A stretch of 32,000 nt of DNA from Nostoc punctiforme PCC 73102 (lineage in GTDB: Bacteria > Cyanobacteriota > Cyanobacteriia > Cyanobacteriales > Nostocaceae), in contig NC_010628.1 in NCBI RefSeq assembly GCF_000020025.1, forward strand, positions 6,270,001 through 6,302,000, written 5' to 3'. The translations under genes were made by a program, and so were the position numbers. Below the pieces are notes generated by a model. That model ran no database searches. It saw nothing but the letters and a program-made list of their open reading frames with translations, and was not told the origin of the DNA. Each line of letters opens with the position of its first letter. Within the stretch, counting starts at the first letter, position 1. Shown here piece by piece: positions 17,981-25,338 of this stretch.

Positions 17981-18712
17981 TTACCCTAAATAAGCTTTTT
18001 TAACTCGCTCATCACTAATTAATTCTGATGCTACGCCTGTTAATGTGATAGAACCCGCTTCCAAAACATAACCGCGATCGGCAATTTGTAATGCCAAATT
18101 CGCGTTTTGTTCAACTAACAAAATAGTCACGCCTGTAGCACGGAGATTTTCAATAATCGAGAAGATTTCCCGGACGATCGCAGGTGCTAAACCTAAGCTA
18201 GGCTCGTCTAAAAGTAAGAGTTGTGGTTTACTCATGACAGCGCGAGCGATCGCTAACATTTGTTGTTCGCCACCACTGAGAGTTCCTGCTAGTTGATTGC
18301 GTCTTTGTGACAAACGTGGAAATAGCTCAAACTGACGCTGAATATCTGCTTTTATCTCTGCTTGATTGGAGCGAATATAAGCACCTAAAAGTAAATTGTC
18401 AAATACTGTTTGCCGCGCTAATACTCTACGTCCTTCAGGACAATGGGCAATACCAAGTTGTACAACTTCGTGAGTTTGGCGGCGAGTAATATTATGTCCA
18501 TTATATAAAATTACGCCACTCTTAGAATTAACTACTTTAGATATGGCACGGAGTGTAGTAGTTTTACCAGCACCATTAGCACCAATTAGAGTAACTACCT
18601 CGCCTTTTTGAATAATTAAATTAATCTTTTTCAGAGCTTGAATACCGCCATAATTAACATCAAGTTCTTGAACTTCTAAAATTGTGTAGTTTGGTCTACT
18701 ATCGGCTTTCAT
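17981..18712 (-). CDS. LivF-type ABC ATPase (HAAT family)
   Basis: Walker A GANGAGKTT, signature LSGGEQQML, Walker B LLLLDEPS and the LivF-type C-terminus DERVKKAYLG. Confidence 0.9.
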   Translation of the reverse strand: MKADSRPNYTILEVQELDVNYGGIQALKKINLIIQKGEVVTLIGANGAGKTTTLRAISKVVNSKSGVILYNGHNITRRQTHEVVQLGIAHCPEGRRVLARQTVFDNLLLGAYIRSNQAEIKADIQRQFELFPRLSQRRNQLAGTLSGGEQQMLAIARAVMSKPQLLLLDEPSLGLAPAIVREIFSIIENLRATGVTILLVEQNANLALQIADRGYVLEAGSITLTGVASELISDERVKKAYLG

Positions 18713-18889
18713 CGGCGGTTTACATCCAGAAATGTTGATTCAAAACCTAACATACATCAATCATACATTTCTTAAAAGAGTGCATCAATGTACCCTATCG
18801 TAGACATTGCTTCAACTTAAAAACCAACGCCAGAATACTGCAATCTTTATAATGTACGATTAATTACTGATAAATATATTAAGCGTCCT

Positions 18890-19729
18890 GTGGCAAAAGC
18901 AGCAGATATTGGTAGCAAGCGACTAATTAATTTAGCTCCCGATGCATGGGTACAGTGGGTGACACAGCGTCCTGAAGTTGTGGCGAAAGAAATTCTCGGT
19001 TCTGAATTTCACTGGATTAGCCGAGAGACAGATGTTTTAGTGAAGGCATATAGTGCCACTCACGGGGATTTTCTGGTATTAAATGAACTACAACTGCGTT
19101 ATACAGCACAGATGCCTCTACGCATGAGAGCCTATGCTGCCCTAGCACAAGAACGCTACCGATTGCCAACTTACCCAGTACTGATCAATATTTTACCGCC
19201 TCCATCTACTTTAACTATTGTCAATAGTTACGAACAGGAATTTTTGGGATTACGTGCCATCCAAGATTATCGCGTGATTAATTTGTGGGAAATCGATGCT
19301 GAAATAGTGTTTGAGCAACCACTACCATCGTTACTACCCTTTGTGCCAATCCTGCGAGGAGGAGGAGAGGTATCAGTTGTGCAACGCGCATTACAGGCGC
19401 TACGAGCAGATGCACAGTTGAACGAATTAGAATCATTGTTGGCATTTTTTGCTAGCTTTGTTTTGGAAATGCCTTTAGTGCAACAAATGATGAGGTGGGA
19501 TATGGCAATATTGCGAGAATCGCCTTGGTATCACGAGATTGAGCAAAGAGGTATTCAAGAGGGTGCGCGACGGCAGTTAATCCGAGTATTGGAACAACGC
19601 TTTGGCGAAATTCCCCATGAGGTAGAAGTAAGGCTTGAGGGCAAAAATGTAGAACAATTAGAAATTTTAATGGATAGTGCGATCGCAGTGAATTCTTTAG
19701 ACGAATTTCTCACAATTATATCTGCGTGA
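18890..19729 (+). CDS. Rpn-family recombination-promoting nuclease/putative transposase with a DUF4351-like C-terminus
   Basis: 279 aa from a GTG start. DIGSKRLINLAPDAWVQWVT...EFHWISRETDVLVKA...FLVLNELQLRY...MRAYAALAQERYRLPTYPVLINILPP, then MRWDMAILRESPWYHEIEQRG and a C-terminal helical domain. Confidence 0.8.
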   Translation: MAKAADIGSKRLINLAPDAWVQWVTQRPEVVAKEILGSEFHWISRETDVLVKAYSATHGDFLVLNELQLRYTAQMPLRMRAYAALAQERYRLPTYPVLINILPPPSTLTIVNSYEQEFLGLRAIQDYRVINLWEIDAEIVFEQPLPSLLPFVPILRGGGEVSVVQRALQALRADAQLNELESLLAFFASFVLEMPLVQQMMRWDMAILRESPWYHEIEQRGIQEGARRQLIRVLEQRFGEIPHEVEVRLEGKNVEQLEILMDSAIAVNSLDEFLTIISA

Positions 19730-19841
19730 CACACTCTACACACTCCTATCGACGGTGAGTGTGGGCTTCTGTGCGACTCCTCTACGAGGAAAATACAGTA
19801 GCGCTGAAAACCACGTTTAAGAGTGCGTAAGCCCTTTGCGG

Positions 19842-20025
19842 CTACCCGAATTCAATCAACGACTGCCCGAATTCAATCAACGACTGCCCGAATTCAATCA
19901 ACGGCTGCCCGAATTCAATCAACGGCTGCCCAAATTAAATCAACGACTGCCCAACTTCAATCAACGATTGCCCGAATTCAATCAACAACTGCCCGAATTC
20001 AATCAACGACTGCCCAACTTCAATA
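19842..20025 (+). repeat. Tandem array of a 21-bp unit (ctgcccgaattcaatcaacga), 8 full copies plus 1 partial
   Basis: Unit boundaries are at 19842, 19863, 19884, 19905, 19926, 19947, 19968, 19989 and 20010. Each unit carries 0-3 substitutions. Five units carry an EcoRI site. Confidence 0.95.
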
Positions 20026-20078
20026 TAAAAACTTAGCAAATTTGCTTTTATTAAACACGAAAGCGATGGCTTTGCTAA

Positions 20079-20435
20079 CGCCAAGGGCGAACGCAACAAC
20101 TGGAAACAGTTCTAGCTTTTTTTGCTACGTTTGTTTTAGAGAATACGCTCGTTCAAGAAATCATGAGGTGGGATATGTCTGTATTACGTGAGCCACCTTG
20201 GTATCAGGAAATTTTGCGCGAAGGGGAAGTACGTGGAGAAGAACGCGGGAAAGCAAGCGGAGAACTACGAGGAATACTTTCTGCGATTGAAATTAATTTA
20301 GAGTTGAAATTTAGCGATCGCGGCTTACAATTAATGCCACAGATTAATCAGATTCAGGATTTGGAGCGTTTGAAGACAATTTTACGAAATGTTGTTACTG
20401 CAAATACTGTTGAGGAATTGCAACAGATTTTGTAA
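20079..20435 (+). pseudogene. 5'-truncated paralog of the Rpn/DUF4351 gene (C-terminal ~118 codons only)
   Basis: In frame with the 20163 ORF, upstream to the stop at 20076, it reads ..QQLETVLAFFATFVLENTLVQEIMRWDMSVLREPPWYQEILREG. This aligns with LNELESLLAFFASFVLEMPLVQQMMRWDMAILRESPWYHEIEQRG of the intact gene. No nuclease domain lies upstream, only the tandem array. Confidence 0.7.
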
Positions 20436-20450
20436 TTCTCAAGTTAGCGA

Positions 20451-21221
20451 TCATTCATTACCCAAATAAGCTTCAATTACAGCTGGGTCGTTTCTAACGA
20501 TAGATGGTTCACCCAAAGCAATCAACTGTCCAAAATCTAACACGGCAATGCGATCGCACAAACCCATAACCAAGGGTACATGGTGTTCAATCAGGACAAT
20601 TGTCAAATTAAACTGTTCTCGCAGACTGCGGATAAATTCACTCAGTTGCTGCTTTTCGTTGGGGTTCATCCCCGCCGCAGGTTCGTCGAGGAGTAAGATT
20701 TGCGGTTCTAAGGCTAAAGCGCGGGCAATTTCCAGGCGACGCTGATCGCCGTAGGCGAAGTTTTTGGCTTTTTCGTCAGCGCGATCGCTCAATCCCACCA
20801 TCTCTAATAATTGTAAAGCTTTTCGCCTGCTTTTTTTCTCTTCCCGACGGGCTGGTGGTAATCCCAAAACTCCTGTTAATAGATTACTTTTATTATCTAA
20901 ATGTCGAGCAATTATTACATTTTCTAGCGCTGACAATTCACCAAATAAACGAATATTTTGAAAAGTTCTAGCAATACCTAAACCTGCAATTTGATGGGGG
21001 CGTAGTTGGGAAATATTAGTACCTTGATAGCGCAACTCTCCACTAGAAAGGGGAATAAAAGCTGTAATCAAATTAAACAGTGTTGTTTTCCCAGCGCCGT
21101 TAGGGCCAATTAATCCAAAAATCTCATGTTGATTGACTGTAAAAGATACATTATTCACCGCCACTAAACCCCCAAAACGGCGAGTTAGTGATTTGGCTTC
21201 TAAAACAATGTTATTTGTCAT
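20451..21221 (-). CDS. LivG-type ABC ATPase (HAAT family)
   Basis: Walker A GPNGAGKTT, a signature-like YGDQRRLEIARAL, Walker B ILLLDEPAAG and the LivG-type insertion. Its start codon overlaps the GMC gene stop by 1 nt (TAATG). Confidence 0.9.
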   Translation of the reverse strand: MTNNIVLEAKSLTRRFGGLVAVNNVSFTVNQHEIFGLIGPNGAGKTTLFNLITAFIPLSSGELRYQGTNISQLRPHQIAGLGIARTFQNIRLFGELSALENVIIARHLDNKSNLLTGVLGLPPARREEKKSRRKALQLLEMVGLSDRADEKAKNFAYGDQRRLEIARALALEPQILLLDEPAAGMNPNEKQQLSEFIRSLREQFNLTIVLIEHHVPLVMGLCDRIAVLDFGQLIALGEPSIVRNDPAVIEAYLGNE

Positions 21222-22744
21222 TATGCTGCGGCTTTAATCAAATCGGCTGCTTTTTCACCAATCATAATTGTGGGTGCATTTGTGTTTCCCGTGGTAATAG
21301 TTGGCATAATTGATGCATCAACTACACGTAATCCAGCAACACCATGAACTCGTAGTTCGGGGTTTACTACTGAATCAGCGTCAGTTCCCATTTTACAAGT
21401 GCCGACTGGGTGGTATACACTGTCGCAGGTTTCCCGGATGTAAGCTAGGAGTGTTTCATCACTCTTATTATCAGCACCGGGGGCTGCTTCCTCTCCTCGC
21501 AACTCATCAAATACACTTGAGTGGAATATCTGCCGAATAATTTTGACCCCTGCCAGCAGCTTTTGCAAATCAGATTCACTTTGGAGATAATTCATCCGAA
21601 TTATAGCTGGGTCTTTGGAAAAAGCAGAACTCAGACTGACACTACCACGACTTTCGGGATTAGTCACACAAACTGTAGCCGTGAATCCTGGCGCAGAACG
21701 TGCATAAGCAGGATGTGTCCACAAAACAGGGCCAGAGAAAAACTGTAAATCGGGCACAGCATCTAAACGACCTTCAGTATGTAGGAACAATCCAACTTCT
21801 GCAATATTGCTGGTTAAATCGGGTTGCAAATCCTGGGTTGCTTCGTGTGCTACGCCGACTAAAATATGATCTTGGAGGTTCTGACCGACACCAGGTAAAT
21901 CAACGACTACAGGAATGTCGAAATTCTGTAGATGTTCTGCATTGCCAATCCCAGAGAGCATCAACAGCTTGGGCGAATCGATCGCACCAGCACTTAGAAT
22001 CACTTCCTGTTCTACCCGAACTTGGTGTATCGTTCCTTGATGGATATATTCTACGCCTACAGTTTGCGTTCCCTCAAACAATAATCTAGTAACTAACGCG
22101 CCAGTGGTGACGGTTAAGTTGGGACGCTCCAAAATCGGTAGTAGAAACGCAGTCGCCGTACTATGGCGCTTACCATCTTTAATTGTCAACTGATAAAATC
22201 CGGCTCCGTGCTGTTGTGTGCCATTAAAATCAGGATTGCGCTCATAGCCAAGTCCAATAGCGGCTTCCAGAAATTTTTGTGAGATGACGCTGGGAGCTAA
22301 GGGATCTGTCACACTCAACAATCCATCAACTCCATGAAATTCAGATGCTCCTCGTTGCTGATTTTCAGATTTCTGGAAATAGGGCAACACATCTTCATAA
22401 CTCCAACCAACATTGCCTAATTTCTCCCAATGGTCATAATCAAGCCGACTGCCTCGAATATAGATCATGGCATTGATCGCACTAGTGCCACCTAAGACTT
22501 TCCCGCGCGGACAATAAATTTTCCGGTTATTGATATATGGTTCTTCTTCTGTAAAATATGCCCAGTCCGCCTCTGTACCCCAAAGTTTTGTCCAGGCTAA
22601 AGGAATTTCGTGTTCTGGTAAGTTAGGCGGATTGCCTGCCTCTAGCAACAATACAGTCGTTTCGGCATCTTCTGTCAACCGATTTGCGACGACACAACCA
22701 GCCGAACCTGCACCAATTACAATATAATCATATTTATCCTTCAT
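21221..22744 (-). CDS. GMC-family FAD oxidoreductase (choline dehydrogenase-like)
   Basis: The N-terminus is YDYIVIGAGSAGCVVANRLTE (GxGxxG), with LLLEAG, GKVLGGTSAINAMIY and C-terminal HPVGTCKMG / VVDASIMP motifs. I place the start at 22744 (MKDKYDY...). The track's 22750 start lies inside a 19-bp duplication. Confidence 0.9.
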   Translation of the reverse strand: MKDKYDYIVIGAGSAGCVVANRLTEDAETTVLLLEAGNPPNLPEHEIPLAWTKLWGTEADWAYFTEEEPYINNRKIYCPRGKVLGGTSAINAMIYIRGSRLDYDHWEKLGNVGWSYEDVLPYFQKSENQQRGASEFHGVDGLLSVTDPLAPSVISQKFLEAAIGLGYERNPDFNGTQQHGAGFYQLTIKDGKRHSTATAFLLPILERPNLTVTTGALVTRLLFEGTQTVGVEYIHQGTIHQVRVEQEVILSAGAIDSPKLLMLSGIGNAEHLQNFDIPVVVDLPGVGQNLQDHILVGVAHEATQDLQPDLTSNIAEVGLFLHTEGRLDAVPDLQFFSGPVLWTHPAYARSAPGFTATVCVTNPESRGSVSLSSAFSKDPAIIRMNYLQSESDLQKLLAGVKIIRQIFHSSVFDELRGEEAAPGADNKSDETLLAYIRETCDSVYHPVGTCKMGTDADSVVNPELRVHGVAGLRVVDASIMPTITTGNTNAPTIMIGEKAADLIKAAA

Positions 22745-22763
22745 AATCATATTTATCCTTCAT
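22726..22763. repeat. Perfect 19-bp tandem duplication spanning the GMC start codon
   Basis: aatcatatttatccttcat occurs at 22726-22744 and again at 22745-22763. On the coding strand, ATGAAGGATAAATATGATT is present twice. Confidence 0.95.
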
Positions 22764-22794
22764 AATATTATCTATCTTCTATTTATTAAATTGT

Positions 22795-23748
22795 CTATTT
22801 TGATGTTTTGAAAATTAGCTTTATCAACTGCTTTTTACACTTTTTCAAAATATCTGGAGTTACAAATCCTTGGGGAAAAAATATAGTTCCTAAGACTATT
22901 AATATACCATAAATAATTAATCTACCATCTCGCAAAAATTGGGCTAACCAATTGGGTAATCCTGCTATATCGGCGATTCTTCGTAAAATAATTTCTAGTA
23001 AAACTTTTAATACAATCGCACCGACCACCGAACCTAAAAAAGTTCTAGAACCACCAATTAACACAATCGTCAAATAAGTGATGCCAGCATCAAAAGTACC
23101 TTGTCGAGCATTCCAGGTATTGAGAAAATGAGCGCTGATGACACCTACAATTGCGGCAAGCACTGCTCCGAGAGTAAAGGCTAAAACTTTGTAGTAGGTG
23201 GGGTTTATTCCCATTGCACTGGCAGCTAATTCATCTTCACGGATAGCAATGAAGGCCCTACCTGTGCGAATGCGTTCTAAACGGTAAAATAATACCATAC
23301 TAACTAACAGTAATGGTACAGCAATCCACAAATATTCGATTTGGCTTTGGAAAGGTTGAGGAATACCAAAAATTCCTACAGCACCGCCTGTAATATCTAA
23401 ATTTAAGGATACAACTCGCAATACTTCTACAAAAGCAATAGTTGCGATCGCTAAATAAATTCCCCGTAACCTTAATGCCGGAATTCCTACTATTACAGCT
23501 AATATACCGGAGATTAAACCAGCAATCAACATTTCTAATAAAAGTAATGGAATGGGAAATAAATTATTACTAGATGGAAAAAGTTTTGTAGATAAAATCG
23601 CTGCAATATATCCACCTAAAGCATAAAATCCAGGACTAGCCAAAGATAATTGTCCAGCCATTAGGGGTAAATAAAGCGATAATCCTAATAAAGCCTCCAA
23701 TACCATGTAGACTATTGGTGATTCATAAGTAGAGAAAAATTCAGCCAT
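22795..23748 (-). CDS. LivM-type ABC permease (HAAT family)
   Basis: 317 aa and multi-TM. GQLSLASPGFYALGGYIAAIL and the FIAIREDELAASAMGINP loop are typical of LivM. Confidence 0.85.
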   Translation of the reverse strand: MAEFFSTYESPIVYMVLEALLGLSLYLPLMAGQLSLASPGFYALGGYIAAILSTKLFPSSNNLFPIPLLLLEMLIAGLISGILAVIVGIPALRLRGIYLAIATIAFVEVLRVVSLNLDITGGAVGIFGIPQPFQSQIEYLWIAVPLLLVSMVLFYRLERIRTGRAFIAIREDELAASAMGINPTYYKVLAFTLGAVLAAIVGVISAHFLNTWNARQGTFDAGITYLTIVLIGGSRTFLGSVVGAIVLKVLLEIILRRIADIAGLPNWLAQFLRDGRLIIYGILIVLGTIFFPQGFVTPDILKKCKKQLIKLIFKTSK

Positions 23749-23763
23749 TGTAAAATATTTTGA

Positions 23764-24366
23764 TTAAGCTGTTAATATTTGCTCTGCTGTTAACGCCAGT
23801 TCAGGAAAGGTTCGTGACACAATTCGTTCGGAACCTTTAAAATATGTGCGTTGATATTTACCCTCGGCATCTAATAGAAAAACAAACACAGTCGGAACTT
23901 TGGGATTTCCCAAATACTCTCTAGAACCAATTGCTAAATAATCTACAATCCAATATTCTGTAATACCTAACCGTTGATATTCATCCAATTTATCAATGTA
24001 GTCATCTTCCCAATTAGCTGATGTTACCTCGACAGCTAGCTGGATGGGTTCTTCAAGTGCAGAATAAGCAGAACGATTTGAGCGCCAGACATCTTTATCT
24101 ATGACACTTACATCAGGCTTACGTCCTTGTTCGATTCCATTGGCAGTTATGGTTTTTAAAACTGCTGTGTTTTTTACTACGTAATTCAGATTTAGACGTT
24201 TAATTTCATCATTGAAACTCAACAATATAAAATCAGCGACATCATCATGATTTCTCGTTGCACGCACTTCTACAATTTCTCCATCCACAAGTTCATATAA
24301 ACCTTCTTCTGGACACTCTTCCAAAAAATCATCAAAAGTTAATTTTTGTTTGGTGTATGTTTTCAT
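23764..24366 (-). CDS. Uma2-family (DUF820) putative endonuclease, divergent from the 17354-17947 copy
   Basis: LTFDDFLEECPEEGLYELVDGEIVEV...KPDVSVIDKDVW...IQLAVEVTSANWEDDYIDKLDEYQRLGITEYWIVD shows the D...E-V-x-S restriction-endonuclease-like core and the YxxxG(I/V)xEYW(I/L)VD tail of Uma2 proteins. Confidence 0.8.
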   Translation of the reverse strand: MKTYTKQKLTFDDFLEECPEEGLYELVDGEIVEVRATRNHDDVADFILLSFNDEIKRLNLNYVVKNTAVLKTITANGIEQGRKPDVSVIDKDVWRSNRSAYSALEEPIQLAVEVTSANWEDDYIDKLDEYQRLGITEYWIVDYLAIGSREYLGNPKVPTVFVFLLDAEGKYQRTYFKGSERIVSRTFPELALTAEQILTA

Positions 24367-24380
24367 TGTGCTGCGTCTCT

Positions 24381-25331
24381 TTAAACTTTTTGAATAAACC
24401 GACGACCTAGCAAGCCTTGGGGTCTAACTAACAACATGATAAATAATATTCCGTAGGCTACAGCTTCTTTGTAACCGGAATATTCTGTCGGTACAAAAGC
24501 TTCAACTAATCCAATAAGTAACCCTCCTAAAACTGCGCCGGGAATACTACCTAAACCGCCTAAGACAATTACCGCTAAACCCCGCAACCCAAAAGCGATG
24601 CCAAAATATGGACCAGCAATACTAACACTAGAGGCGACTAAGGTTCCTGCTAATCCTGCTAAGAAGCTGCTGATGAAGAATGTGAGAATGATAAAGCGAT
24701 CGCTATTAATGCCTAACAAACTAGCTGTAGTCGGATCTTCTGCGATCGCCTGCATTGCTTTACCATACTTAGTCCGATTGATAAAATAGGTAATAATTGC
24801 CACAATCGCAACTGATACAGCAAAAATTATGATCTGAACGGTGCGAATAGGAATTTCCTTTTCTGGAGTACCAAAATTAATCGAAGGTGGTAAATTCCCA
24901 TAAGTATCAGCGGGGTATGTGTAACTTTCTGCGCCTACCAAATACTGGATTAAGTTCACAATTACTACTGCTACCCCCAAGCTGGAAACAACAGTTAGTA
25001 AGGGATCAGATCCTTGACGGCGCAAAGGTTGAAAAGCAACCCGTTCCATTACTACCCCAATCAATCCCGCCAAGGTACTTCCTAAAATTAAGGCTATAGC
25101 AAATGGCAATTTTATTGGCAAGGCTGCATTCGCTAGCAAGCCGTTAAATCCAAAGTTACCACCCATAAGGGCATAAGTGAAATATGCACCCAAGGTAAAA
25201 ATCGCGCCATGAGCTAAATTAATGATGCCCAAAATTGAATAAACTAAGGTATATCCCAATGCAAAAATTGCATAGATACTACCAATAGATAATCCGTTCA
25301 AAAATTGTTGCAGAAATAGAGTTATATCCAT
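24381..25331 (-). CDS. LivH-type ABC permease (HAAT family)
   Basis: FLQQFLNGLSIGSIYAIFALGYTLVYSILGIINLAHGAIFTLGAY is a classic LivH N-terminus. 316 aa and multi-TM. Confidence 0.9.
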   Translation of the reverse strand: MDITLFLQQFLNGLSIGSIYAIFALGYTLVYSILGIINLAHGAIFTLGAYFTYALMGGNFGFNGLLANAALPIKLPFAIALILGSTLAGLIGVVMERVAFQPLRRQGSDPLLTVVSSLGVAVVIVNLIQYLVGAESYTYPADTYGNLPPSINFGTPEKEIPIRTVQIIIFAVSVAIVAIITYFINRTKYGKAMQAIAEDPTTASLLGINSDRFIILTFFISSFLAGLAGTLVASSVSIAGPYFGIAFGLRGLAVIVLGGLGSIPGAVLGGLLIGLVEAFVPTEYSGYKEAVAYGILFIMLLVRPQGLLGRRFIQKV

Positions 25332-25338
25332 GTTGCAA

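Noticed and set aside
19842-20025. Possible CRISPR array
   Set aside because: The repeats are directly adjacent with no spacers, the unit is only 21 bp, and there are no cas genes in the window.
19823-20191. 122-aa and 66-aa ORFs (19823-20191, 19836-20036) encoding heptad repeats ARIQSTT / RLPEFNQ
   Set aside because: They exist only because the 21-bp unit has no stop codon in any forward frame. There is no ribosome-binding site, the starts are non-ATG or weak, and the longer ORF runs out of frame into the Rpn fragment. I treat them as by-products of the tandem array unless expression data say otherwise.
1688-22727. Many 60-130-aa ORFs antisense to or out of frame within long CDSs (for example 1688-1870, 2475-2699, 7766-7999, 8706-9325, 10467-10670, 16439-16900, 20548-20961, 21310-22089, 22530-22727)
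   Set aside because: Each lies wholly inside a strongly supported gene on the other strand or in another frame, and none has recognisable motifs.
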